64,000 bases of DNA, taken from the NCBI GenBank assembly GCA_963920595.1, contig OY986946.1:6076001-6140000 (forward strand), written 5' to 3'. The DNA is from Eimeria praecox. Lineage: Eukaryota. The notes beneath the pieces are model-generated. The model did not search any database. It was not told the origin of the DNA and was given only the letters and a program-made list of their open reading frames with translations. Positions within the stretch are counted from its first letter, which is position 1. Each line of letters opens with the position of its first letter. A program made the position numbers and the translations under genes. This document shows positions 13,301-25,531 of this stretch, piece by piece.

Positions 13301-13646
13301 TTCCACCGTATTCAACAAATTCGCCTACTTCGGAAGCGATTCCACCGAACTGGGTGCAAGACACAGTCGAAATGCCATGAAAGCTCGGGCATGATATCTC
13401 GGTCTCAGCGAACTACAGTGATGCCTTCTTGCCAGCCATGTACTTTCAGTAAAGCCGAAGACGCAGAAAGCATGTAACAAAAGATGTTGTCTCACCTCTG
13501 TCAAATCCCTCTTGAGATGAACTGTCATGAACTAGTAGAGACCCAGGGTCCGGTGTGTACTCGTACACCTCCTTTCCCCCTGTCCCACTAATGCCCATCA
13601 GCAGCTCTGTACTTTTCGAAGGATCGGCTGAAGCTTTATTGCTCAT
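10326..13646 (-). CDS. DCTN2: Dynactin subunit 2 (p50 dynamitin), multi-exon
   Basis: Exons encode EVYE, ETPIGRLKRLQGEVEEM, SRITSLERRLAFVENKMG, LFEAVAEMQERMKLLD and RVEELYDICERWKAPAAVLPSVLQRLKLLKGIHQEA. These match dynamitin motifs (ETP..RL..EV.E, K..ELE.RL..LE, LY....W....LP..V.RL..L..LH). Confidence 0.85.
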
Positions 13647-13890
13647 CCTTACGCGGTGTTGCCAGCACTAGAGTGTAGGAGTCCTTCTGTTGGCTGATAT
13701 GAGGCCTACTACTTCGGCTTCCCCCGTGGCGGAAGCCCTCGTGGAAAGCACTATACGCCTCGTGGGAAGTGACAACAAATCTTGGCAGAACACTAGTGGC
13801 AAATTGGCATGCGCAAGATAGGCCGGTTGCCTAGGCACAAGTGTCTCGCCCGCGCTTCAAGCATCACACTGCCCGCGGCTGCGCCAAGGG

Positions 13891-15044
13891 ATGTCGGACA
13901 AACCCAAACGGCGCACTGCGCTCTCCCTGAAAACTCCTTCCGCAGAGCCAGATGCTGCATCTAGCTGCTCATTTTCCTCCAGAGAAGCATTTCACACCGC
14001 GAAGAGCAGAGATACCAGTTCACGCGCGGACTGTAATCTGCACCAGCGCACCCGTTATGCAGTCTTTGTTGTAGCGGATAGCAAGGAGAGAAAATGCAAA
14101 TGTTCCCAGTACAGGAGTTCCTTGAGCCTGCTAAATAATGCCGCCGGGTGCCGAGCGAAAGCACAGTTGATGATCTGGTCACACCGTCACATGTCAATGA
14201 CGCAACGGGCACGATGGGGCAGTGCCGGTAGGCGCACCAATGGGCTCACTTTGATGGGTAAAATGATAAGAAGAAAATATGTTAACGCAAAAAATAGGCG
14301 GAGAGAGGGACTCAAGAAAACAACTGGTTGCAGCGAGCCTCAAGCCCCCGACAGGCCGAGTGGTTGGGACAGCGCTGAGTATGTCTGCTTGCAGGGGTGG
14401 TGGTTGCCTTCTGCGAAGGCTGAAGGGGATGTTCCAGGTCCTTTTTCAAACAACATGCAACCCGTTGTTATATAGGTATTCTATGTAGGGTTCTTGTTTC
14501 AGTGCGCCTCATTTATGGTGTTGCCATCCAGCGGGCATCAAGCAGGAACCAGCGTAGATGGAGCAGCCCCTATCTTCAGCAGGTTACTCTTGTTATTATT
14601 TAACACACGGTCTGCTGAAGCAAGTGCAGGAGACCAATGTTACCCAGTAGTAGTGGAAGGATCTCCCGTTCCTTCAGCAAAGTGCAACCGTTTAAATCGG
14701 CCCAGTGGACAGGGGGGGTGGACAAATATGCATTCAGATCTTCGATATACTCCAGCATACCTATTGGGGACATTGACTGGGAAGGGACCAACGCTTTCTA
14801 TCTCTACAAGCTGTGCATCAAGCATTTTTTGTTCACTGAATAGAAAGGGGATTGTGTGTCCCCCACACGGTGTCCACAGACTCCGGGGCTCCAAACACCC
14901 CAATGCTGCGCATGCATGTCATTGTTAAGGAAAACAATCCTGCATAGCAGACTACCTGAGCTCGCCACGGCGCTTAGAACCTGTCCGGAGGCACGCAGGG
15001 AAACTTTGGCCAACTTCGATGACTGGGTAGCCGTTATTAGGTAA
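13891..15044 (+). CDS. Possible hypothetical spliced gene divergent from DCTN2
   Basis: ATG-initiated 194-aa ORF 245 bp from the DCTN2 start, plus downstream short ORFs; no recognisable motif and exon structure unresolved. Confidence 0.25.
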
Positions 15045-16249
15045 CCGAACTGCATAATGAGAAAATACATATAGGGGAGTGTGCCCCGGCTGCGGTCATG
15101 AGCTTTGCACACAGCGCTCGGTGTTTGGCACAGGGAGAGTGTTCAGATGCAGCAAGGTCCAGCCTACCCAATGCGCACCTGATGTGCTACCTGACATAGC
15201 GGGCGCAGCAGTGCCGCAGTCCCAAATCTTTCGCTATGACATACGAAGGAGTAGTGATATACAAAAAATGCCTCCTTAATAATTGTCTTGCCGCCCCACT
15301 ATAGCTTACTGGGGCAGCTGGAGATGAGCGCTCTCTGTTGCGCAGCGCACCTCATCGGTTGTAGGGGAATGCCACTTTGCCGATTTGAAACTGGATTGTG
15401 GGCGACAGAAGGATCGGAAGGCAAGTGTATATTGTCGAGCATGCCTTTACCTTCCTTAATGACACCGTTCGGACCCTGACTCCAGGTTATGATGGCATTC
15501 TAGGGATGGGGCGCAGGGTAACGCTAACGTGAAATATGCATTGCTGGTAGGTGCGGGCTCAACCTGCCAACCATCGTTAAGTCCGGCCCATTCCAACTAC
15601 GAAATATCTAGTGGAAACAGTGGCCATCCGTGTGCCTTTTTATCAGCTCATTGGATGGGAGCTGGTATCGTGGCCAATTTTTGTTAGTCGTCAGTGGAAT
15701 TGGGGAGCGCTCAGCCCACGGTACAACACCACCGAGATGACCTAATTGCAGGCAGCGCAGTCAATCCGATAAGACAAAAAGAGCAGTTGGGCCTTCGTGC
15801 CTACAAGGCGGTAGTGAATTCTCTGAACTATATATGCTGCCGCTCAAGAGCGGCCGCATTGTCAAGTCAGCGCTGCCGCAGCCCGGCATGCTCTTGCCTA
15901 CGAGAGGCATGCTATACGTGCCTACGGAATACGGAAGAACCACCTCCATGCTGTATAAACCCTATGCGTGTGGGCCGCCAGCAGCCAGCGGCACAACGAC
16001 CGTGAAAAGTCTGCAAACTTACAGTTCACCTCTCTCGAGCCGTGCACACACACATTTTTTTCCACCGGTCAGCTTCTGCGCGCCCCGCTATGCAGTTTCG
16101 GCCAGTGGCTAGTGAAACACAGTTCTGCGACTCCGTTCGTCATGCCCAACGCCAAATACGCCGTTGGCCTCGACCTCGAGAAAAAGGTATGGCCCGTCCG
16201 TTGGCAAGAGCCACCGCCTAAAATACCGCAAGTTCCTTAGAGGATTCCC

Positions 16250-18481
16250 CTAGTAGCATTTCCGCTGAACAACCGCTGGCCCGTGTTCTTCATACTCTTC
16301 GCGGCTGCACCATGCAGCTTGGAAGGAACTCAGACTTGCCAGCATCGAACCTCCAACCCAAGCTGAAAATCGGCGCTCCTGCGACCCAGGCACAGCAAGC
16401 AACCTAACTTTCTGGCCTCCACAAACTGCGGGATCGTCCACTAACTCGCGGTTAACCCTCTCAACCATTCCTGAAGTCACATACACACACAGTTAAGGAA
16501 GTATGTGCCGTGTTGGCTTTATCCCTTCAACCAGGCGGTGGCGCGTAAGCCGCAACAGCGATTTAACAGCTCATCTGAAGCCCCCAGAGCCCGCCTAGTC
16601 CCGCGTGACGGAGGAAGCATCACTGACAACAAGGGATGCATGCAGTCACCTACCGGGTATGCACGAGCAGCCTCCAGTTAGAATCAATACGCTAAGAATG
16701 TCTCGATTACCATCTGTCTCGACCGCCTCAGCCACTTGTCGCACTGCCTCCGGCAGGCCTGGAAAGCCACCGCCGCTGCCTGGTACTAATGACAGCAGTG
16801 CGGGATAGAACAATATCTCGGGAATCTGCAGCATACCACAGAAAGACAGAGCTAATGTTAACATGAAGCCGAAGCAACCATTTACAATGATGTTTGCGCC
16901 TTGACCACAGCGTTCCCCCAGTTCCACCTGGAAAACGGGAGCTTTACAGACGAATTACGCCACTCCGTTGTTCTCAGCAGTAAGTAATGCCCAAAAGCAA
17001 AGCTTAGTCACCTAAAACAACATCAAAAAGTTGCACTTGGTGACCTACCTTCATGGCTACTTGATCCGCTTCAAGACGAGTGCCGTCCGGCAGCTCCATG
17101 ACTCCCCCTTCACTACCACTGCCGCTTGAGAGCAACGCAGCAGCGGGCGCTGCTGTCAAACACGGAAATAGAAGCTGGGATGCCGCGGGAATATCTGGGG
17201 AAGCAGCTGCACCACCCCCACGTCTCTTGGCCTGTTGCTGCTGGCTTGGTAGTAGAATGGGCTTCCTCGCAAAGGTCACATCCCGTGGGTCGTCTGCTAC
17301 GCGGCACAGCCCTTCCTTTAGGAAAGACAGTGTTTGCATGCGGCTGCATACGAGCAGAAGAAGTGAAGACGGGACCGAAATGTGGCAGGCAGTTCCCCAA
17401 CCACTTCGGTCAATCCATACACAGCAGATATCCCAACAACTCTACACTGGGCGCCCCTGTCACTAACCCCATGACCCCAACGCTGTAAAAGCAAAGCGAA
17501 GCAGAGGCAGAGCTAAGCAATAATCATGGCATATCTACGGTCCCCATACTAGCAGCAGTACGTTCCATCGGTGTTACTTAGCTAAATAGCTTACCTCCAG
17601 TGCATGTACGAAGCGTGAACGTTGTCCCAATCCCCAGGTTTGTCTAGTGCAATTTTTGACATTCGGCCTTGGGCAGAAAAGCGCGCGAAACTGGGGTGTA
17701 CCGGGAAGTTGTGCCCCATGATGATTGAGCCAAGTAACTGGCTCATTGCATCACCACCAACCGGCCATTCTGCAACATGCTGATCTAAGACGAATGAGTC
17801 TGAAACTGGGGCAATGGATAGGCCAGACGCCCCCATATCGATGACCATTGCGCTACTCCTCCCCAAAGCAACACAAGATAAAAGCGCCCGCTTTGCCGTG
17901 TAGAGGGATCCCACTTGCAGCCCTTCAAAAAGTATCTCCGCCATTTTTTCCCTTATTCCGCGGCAATGTATATTTGGTTCGGAAAGGAGCAGTGGCTGCT
18001 CCCGTAGGTCTGCCCCGATACCGCACAACTCCGTCAGGCGGAGGTTGCTGTACGGTGAAGCACTTGAACCATTGGCGCCTGAACAATCCTGAGGTTTGCC
18101 CCCTTCTAATGAGTTGAGAAAACAGGAGCGTACCCCTGTGCAACTGAGCGCCACAAGGTTCTCGAAAGCCTCCTCGTTTAGTGTGTACGAAGGGCTTGAG
18201 TCGCCTTTCCGTTTTGCACTAGGCCCGCGCCAGGTCGGGAAGAGCGCAGGCACCACTTCCACTCCGTCTCGTCTCTCGGAGAAGTTGAGTGGAAAAATTA
18301 GCTCGCGAGTTGTGCCGTGTCGGCTGCTGTCACTAGCATTTGAATCTCCCGCGGACCTGTTAGGCTGGCGAACCCCAATACATGAATTGAGAAGTTGACA
18401 TGGATTCCCCTCGCCCGCATAACCTACGCGAGTACTTGCCGCCCCGATGTCCACTACAACGCTCGTAGATGCCAATTCCAT
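16250..18481 (-). CDS. ARP4: Actin-related protein, ARP4-like (nuclear); exons 18481-17595, 17343-17049, 16825-16654, 16470-16250
   Basis: Actin-fold motifs VVVDIGAASTRVGYAGE, PLLLSEP, REKMAEILFE, MELPDG, IPEILF, ILTGG, and C-terminus ERRFSAWVGGSMLASLSSFQAAWCSREEYEEHG..VQRKC typical of ARP4. All four exons join in frame at GT-AG sites. Confidence 0.85.
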
Positions 18482-19632
18482 TCTTCGCAAGGGTTAGCAC
18501 TGCCGTCCTTGAATAGTTGAAAATGCCAATCCGGCGCCGAAGATTGGAAGAAAAGCTGCTTTGAGTTTGCCCTCGAAAGTGCACTGTATTAACTCGGTAG
18601 CCAGATGAGGAGGCAAATCGCCTTCTACGGATGGCTTGCGGCTGCCCCCCGGGGCCGCTGCGTCCTTCCTTGGAGTTTATCCCTGTTCCACTACTTTCAG
18701 GCCTTCCTTTTTCTCCGCACAAGCGAAAACTAAAGTACAGTGGCAAGACCAGAAGGTGCTCTTATACTTTAGGTGGAATTTCTCAGCCTAGGAAATCAGC
18801 AGGGGGTATCCCACCGGAATTTTGCCAGCATGTCTGCTGCTGTCAGAATGGCTAGAACACTATTTGCGTCTTCCCCTGTTCAAACAAGGTTGCTCTTAAT
18901 ACAGAGGTAAGCATTCGTTCTGCTCTGCCTGAAAGCCCCGACCGAGCAAGTTGCCCCAGCGCCTGTTGAAAATGCATAGCGGCTCTGCAGTATTCAGCGG
19001 CCGTGAGTTTTGTGATACCCATGGGCTGAACAAAACTTATTCATATATTCCACCGTATGATGTGTGTTCTTCAATACTTCTCTGGGAGTGTGAGGGGCCC
19101 CGACCGTCTTGCATGCGCCCACATTGGACGGCGTAATACCTGTTTGCGCGTACCGCTTCTTCCACACTCTGTGGGTTCTAAAACGTCATAAGCCTGCAGA
19201 GTGTCGAGTTATCTGTTATGAATTTGCTATTTCGGCCACCGAAATGTCGCCTACTATTGAAGGCTTGGATTTGGCCCTGAACTGTCGCACTGCGCCGCGC
19301 TCGGCGATTGCTCTTTTAAATGCGTATAATTGATTGGCGCTGCTCTCTCCGCTCCCTAAGAAGGCCTGGAAGAGTGGTTTTGCTTGCTATGCTTCACTGC
19401 AGTTCGAGCAGCAACAAATGGATCCCGTTGGTTTATTGCAGCGCGGCTTCCTTTTCTTCTACTGTGGATGCACAGGGCTCTAAATCTTCGAAAGGGATTT
19501 TCTGTAGCTCCGCCTGAAAGTGTATACTTTGAACTGAGTCGCATAATCTGGCAGTGGGAATTTAGTCACTGGCACCGGGAGACGGCTTCCAGAATTTGAG
19601 AATTAGCACTGGCCCAAACCCTACTTACAAGC

Positions 19633-22322
19633 ATGGATTTTCCGAGTGAAGGCGGCAGCGGCGATGTGGAACGCAGCAGCAAATGCAGCAAGAAACGAAA
19701 GGCCAAGAAGGATAAGAAGGCTTCTAGGAAGAAGAAGCGCGACAAGTACTCAGCAAGCGAAGAAGAAGATAACCATTACCAACTTGTGGGCAGTGTCTGG
19801 CCCCTATTGAATTCTTGTTGCTCAGAGAGCCTAGCGAACTCCACAATTTGCAGCTGTTACCATCATGTTGTGGCTGCCATAATAAGCAGTGCCATCACGT
19901 TTGCCACATGCTGGTGCTGCCTATTATGCTTATTCTTCTAGTTGAGGTACTCTCACTTTGTACTCTTCAGGACCAGTTCGATCAGGAAGATGTAGACCGT
20001 CTTCTTAGCTCTTTGTTGCAGCTTTCTCCGCAGATGGAGACAGAAGTGAGTGGCGTGCTTGAAGCCCCAGTGCGTGCGTGAGTTCCTCGTTTCTTAGCCA
20101 GCTAAATGTATCGGAGGGGTAACACTAGATTGGCCTTGCTGTGCTCCCATTGAATGCAGCTTTTGGATGTATTCAAACAACTGGATTCATGGGGCGTCGT
20201 GTATTTGAACGATCTTGATGATATTCGGTTGCGAAAGAAACTCCGGCACCTTTTTCGGGCCTTATCTGTTGGCGAGGTGGGCCCTTGTGCATTTTTCAGT
20301 TGGTACAGAGGATTCACACCCAAGTTTTATTTTTGCTTTGGGCTTGGGACACCCGATGATTCGTTTGAGAGCCCTTACCCAGCGCAGTGCAGCCGTGTGC
20401 AACGATCAAGAAGTGTTTGAGGTTACACACTCGCAAGGTGACGCCATCTCGTTCGCCATGAGTCATGAGCTTGCGGTTTGTAAGGTGTCTCACAGGTTGA
20501 GAGTGAGCAAGGCAAAGGCTGGAGGAAGGTTCTTACGTGCAAAATGTCGCTCTCCAAGTTTGTGAAGCGTCGCTGCAAGGAACTGCGGCCACGTCTTGAG
20601 GTTTTGAGCCCTCCAGCTGATGTTCGACCTTGTGAAACCTCAGAAAGGAAAGAGGAACAAGCTGCTGAGGAGTCAAGGTTCGACGCCGAGGAGGCGGAAA
20701 GGAAGGCGGAAGAAGCTGTGCAGCGTTGGCGCGCCGAGCATGACGAACTGCAGAGACTTTCAGCTGGTTCCGTCCTTCAGGGAGCATCTGAACAGGAAAC
20801 GGCTCCTTCTGACGCAAAGCCTAAAGTAAATCTTGTACCTTCGGTGCTAAACGCTTCAATCGTTTCATGTCTGCTGTTGCCTGTGGTGTTGCCTTAAGTA
20901 CGTCGCATGTGCTAAACCAATGCCCAGCATGGATAAACGGGGTTATCTGGTGCGGAGATGAACGGGGGGCACGTGGCAGAGTGGCGCTTGCTGGTTGTGG
21001 TGACAGAGAGAGGAATGGATGCTTGTAGCCCCAGCCTACCTCCGCTGTCTGGCGCCAAAGGATGGACCTGACGCAAAGCGAATACGTAGGGTGATTTCCG
21101 AATGCAACCCTTTAGAACGTGCATCGCATTTGCATCCCCATCAGCCCCAGCAGGCATCCTCATTATCTCCCTGAATTGCATACGCCAATGTACGCATATA
21201 TGTGAGTTGCGATGGTGGGACTTGGTGCAGAAATGTTGCAGCAGAAGAAGAAAGATGACGAAGAAGCCATACGGGTCAGAGCAATCATGGAGGAGTGGAA
21301 CAAAACAAGAAAAATTAAGAGCCTTCGAGAACTGAAGGAGGAAGGTGTGCCGGAAGCGCATCCCGTTTGCAAGTGAAGGCCCTGCCGCATTCCCACCCAC
21401 AAGCAGCTAGGTGGCGCTACGTTTCGCCGAGCACGCCTCCACCGGGGCGTGCAGAGTCACACGAGAGCTCATTGTGCGCTGTCCTTTCCGCTTGGTAAAC
21501 AGGCGAGTTTGCAGAGGGCGAAGAAGCGTATAAACGCTGGAAACGGAGTATGGAGGCTGCTCGAAATGTCTGGGGGAAGCGGGCGGCAGAGCAGGCTGCT
21601 GAACAGGATTTTGTGCGTACTCGAAGCCAGTTGTTTGGGATCCTCTCTGGTGTAATATAGTACAACATTGCGTTGGTGTCAGGGTGGCAATTAGGCACTA
21701 GAGGGCAGCAAACAGTATCTTAGCGGTGGCCAGTGGATCCTGGCCCATTTGGTGGTTTTAGGTGCTGTCTTTTGGTCGCTGCAGCAAGAAGATGCCAAGA
21801 AGGGCCAACCGTGGCAGCGGTTTGATAGGGATCGTGACCTGCAGGCAAGCATTTGTTGACAACAGTGCACCGCCTGCTAGCATTTTTTCACCTTAGAGAT
21901 CATGGGAAGTTGTAATGGTAGCTCCACAGGAGTGTTCCGCACAGCACATTTGGTTAGCGGGCGCTCGCTGGACAATTCGGGAGGCTAACTCATATGAGCC
22001 GTGCGGAAAAGTCCTGTGGTTTAGCGGGCGTTCGCTGGACGCTGTATCTGTCCCTATTTTTTCGCAGACTACACGGCAGGTATCAAGGGAGGACTATGAG
22101 AAACTGGTACGTAGCAGTCTACTAGTGATTATCAGCAAGTGCCATGCTGTGTGGGCACCAATGGCTTGCACAGAAACTTCCCGAAGGGCTGCCATCCTTG
22201 TGTCAGTGGGTAGACATGCATCCTTGCACTTTTGAGAGTATCTTCTCCTGCGTCGCTTGCAGCTCCAGCAGACGAAGCTAAGCTCACGGTTCAAATCATC
22301 TTGGCAAACGTCTTTTTTGTGA
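19633..22322 (+). CDS. GPALPP1/DUF3752-like protein with basic Lys-rich N-terminus, multi-exon
   Basis: Exons give KKRKAKKDKK.., IMEEWNKTRKIKSLREL, QPWQRFDRDRDLQ|TTRQVSREDYEKL|LQQTKLSSRFKSSWQTSFL*. This resembles the DUF3752 C-terminus (YN...R..SL, FDR.KDL, L..RF....FL). Confidence 0.7.
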
Positions 22323-22717
22323 AGGCAGTGGTTAAGTTGCTACAGCATGCTGCGAGGAATAACCTAAACTTTGGCCATCGGCATCGGCTTCTTCGCGCTA
22401 AGTGGCACTTTTCTGCGTAATTGGCGAACCGTAGCTTTTTTGTCAATTCCCAGATACGAGCTGGGACCTGACTTCATTGTACTCTCCGCAGCTGGCTTGT
22501 TACTGTCATTACAACTCTTGCCAGAGCCAGAGAGATTCTTTAACTCCTGCTTCTGTTAGTAGCATGCATAGAACTGATCCTCTAAGCGGACGATTTTCCC
22601 CCTTTCGATCTGTGCACATAGCCCACAGGGTTGAACTCGGACTAACTCGCTATAGATTCATCCCACCTACACACCTCTCGCGTACTCATTACTTACAGAA
22701 AGCTCTCTATAGGCCTG

Positions 22718-22822
22718 CTATTGCTTCACGACAACAACGGGCTCGGCGATGCCAGCATCTTCAGCCCCAGATAAAGGAACCAAGGCCGCAAGGGCAACAG
22801 CAAGTGCAACGAAGCTCTTCAT
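22718..22822 (-). pseudogene. Truncated type-A His/Pro-rich (GAM22-like) gene: signal peptide then premature TAG
   Basis: Identical to the type-A 5' end for ~30 codons (MKSFVALAVALAALVPLSGAEDAGIAEPVV), then VVKQ*. Similarity decays past ~22700 and no His/Pro domain remains. Confidence 0.85.
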
Positions 22823-23029
22823 TTTCGAAGGCAAATAATGGGAATACCTGTTTTGACCTGCCTAATCCTGAACAATTACGTTGGAGAGGCGGGAAATATT
22901 CTGATGCACGTTGGCAGACTCCAGATGATCTCCGCTTCTGCCCGTTTTCTGAGGTCAGCAGTGGCAAGGGAGGGGGGACTGGTGTAGCGAAGTGCGAATC
23001 ACGCACGCCGGCGCTGAGCAGGAATGGAT

Positions 23030-23082
23030 AGGTGCGTTCCAACAGTCTGGGGATAGGTTCCCCGAACTGTTGGAACGCACCT
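23030..23082. other. Long inverted repeat / hairpin (17-bp perfect arms), also at 26372-26424 and 29768-29820
   Basis: aggtgcgttccaacagt ... actgttggaacgcacct, with inner gggga/tcccc pairing and a 5-nt loop. Confidence 0.9.
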
Positions 23083-25531
23083 TAATGCTGGTGCCTTTCA
23101 TATGATCCCCTGAGTGCCTTCAGAAGTGAATTCTTGACTTGAATGATCAGTTAGGTGAGCTTAAGATCACCCCGTCGGTCGCAGTTCCTGCACTGCCTTT
23201 GGCTTGTGTGCTTGGTACAAGTAGTAAGGCCATGCATGATTGAGGCGACCTTAGAAGTGGCTCAGCATTTAGCGGCACTTAGCTGGTGTGGGCTTGCAAC
23301 TCAGGGGTGGCCCTAGCACTTGCAGCAGTGCGTACACCGAACCGGGCGTGTGCATTGCCAATAACCATTGCTGTAGTGTTCTAACTTGGCATGTGCTGAG
23401 ACAGGTGAACTTGGGTAGGCGTGCATTGAACCACAGGGGTTTTGAATTGTTAAAGGAGAGGTATGCGAATGTAAGTGCGCTGGGACGTTATGACTGGCAT
23501 GGGCAGCACAGTGAGATTCACTGTAAGCATAACCGTGCTGGATGGATGGGCGCTAGGTAGCAGTACAGGTCCAGGTTTGGAGTAACTTGAAGTGTAGGGC
23601 AATGTAGGAGGAGTGACCGCCACTGTGGGAGAGGTGGGCGCAGTACAGTCCTATGGAGGTGACACAGTCATTGCAAGGGTATTAAATCAAAACAGATTCG
23701 CGCTACGTGCAGTGGCAGGGGATACTGCACGTGTGAGATTCCTGGACGCGTCGTCACAGCAACTTGCATGAAAAGGGTGAACCGCCGATGATATACTTCA
23801 AACCGTGGGTTCGCCCAAGGGAGATGCTGCGTAGAGTGCAAGGATAGCATACCGGCAGTTCCGTTGGTACCACTTCCAATCCCCAAAGCACTCCCGAAGT
23901 CGATTTTTCGCAGCCAGGAGGTACTCCTGATTAGCCGAGGCGTGGTCCTGACGACGCTGCTACAGAGACGGTTGCGAGGACGAACGAGGGTTTTGTGGCA
24001 ACTGCTCTCGCTGGGATGCACATGGCTGCAGGTAGCTGTAGGGCTTACTTGTCTCAAAGGGTGCATTGCACCTTGCAGGTCTGAACCTCTCATTTGGCTG
24101 GGCCAGGGCCTACTTTAGATGCCGAGCTGTAGATGCTCCTTAGCTCGATTAGAGATACGTCGATAAGCGGAAGGGCTTGTAGATCCTCATCAGTTACCTG
24201 CCATCTGGTCCACCCGCATGAAGGGGTAGACACGCCAACGCATAGAGCATCGGATGAGCCAGGAGTGGCGAACGAGCAGGCCAATATGCACGCTTATTCT
24301 GTGGTTGTGTGCACCCGAGACAGTCTTGCAATAGTCCCTATGCAATTACCTAGGAGGTGCAGGCCGGTGGATCGTAGACCGCGCCTGCCGAGAGGGCAGC
24401 ACAGGATAGGAGCGTTGCTTATATAACCTTGGCTGAACTGCATTTGGCGTAATTTGCTGTCTTGCGGGTGGCGGCAGAGCGAATATATGAGGCGCGGTTG
24501 AAGGCAGGGCTGTCGAGGCTGGTTGGATTTAGATTGCAGGAGGAAGGTGGAACTGCGTTGTGTTGAAGGGGCGCGGGTGAGCGTGAGAGTGTTACCAAGC
24601 ATGTGGCTAAAAGATGCCACTGGCGATGTGGTACGACGCCCTTCAAGCCTCGTAGTCTCTCCAGCTTAACGGGCATTACGTCCTGCCACTCTGTCTTAGG
24701 TCGAAGTGGTGTACACAGAGGGCAATCGTCCAAAGGGCCTTCCCCAGTATGACAAGCTGAACTACACGTGCAGAAGCTGAGAGAATGCCACGCGCTAGAC
24801 GGGGATACATCTCCACTCGTCTGGAGAAAGTTAAGCAGATACATTCCGGGGGAAACATTGAAAGCGCCGTTGCACCAGATATCCACGGGTCAGACGAGCT
24901 CCCAATTCTGCCAGTAGGTCGGCTTGAGGCGGGGGCCCCAAGTCTATGGATTACGCCCGTTTGCTTCCTGAACTACAAACGATTTGCGCTAAGGTGCGAC
25001 TCAGAGTACACAGTAATGCATGAAGCTGCTTTCAACGGAAATGAGGGTTAATGCGGGACACTGGAAACGGACGCGCGTAAAATTCAGTTGTAGAAAATGT
25101 TCCGTGTGGACGCTTGAACGACGTGGAAGTATCTAGCACTCGATTGATGATGAATGAAAGGACAATTGCTCTGTAAGGGGATGAACCCGCCGCCCTCAGC
25201 AGTCGTAACCATTCCTTTACAAAGGCTGCTTCAATTCGGCTCCTTTATCTGGTATAGAGTTAAGTCAGCCTCACGTGCTGAGGAATTTAGCAGAAGGCAA
25301 GAATTTAACTATCGCTAAATGCAGGGAATTAAAAAGTAAACGTTACACTGCAGGGACGGCTCTATACCCCACACTGCTTTCCCTTCCCATATAAATCTAC
25401 TCAGATAATATGGCTGCCCTTTATCGAAAACGGAGTACAACTCTGGCGAGAATCAAAACCTTAGTATTACAAGAACCTGTCTGTTCAAAGATAGCCCTTC
25501 GGGCAGTTCATGCCATCTTGGCATGAGCTAG

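Noticed and set aside
10326..18481. DCTN2 plus actin-related gene as a dynactin (Arp1/Arp11) cluster
   Set aside because: The ARP has long insertions and an ARP4-type C-terminus rather than Arp1-like closeness to actin; adjacency is likely coincidental.
23668..24093. 141-aa spacer ORF with TPRLI at about codon 52 as another fossil paralog
   Set aside because: Only a 2-3 residue resemblance, no signal peptide or His/Pro bias; indistinguishable from chance by eye.
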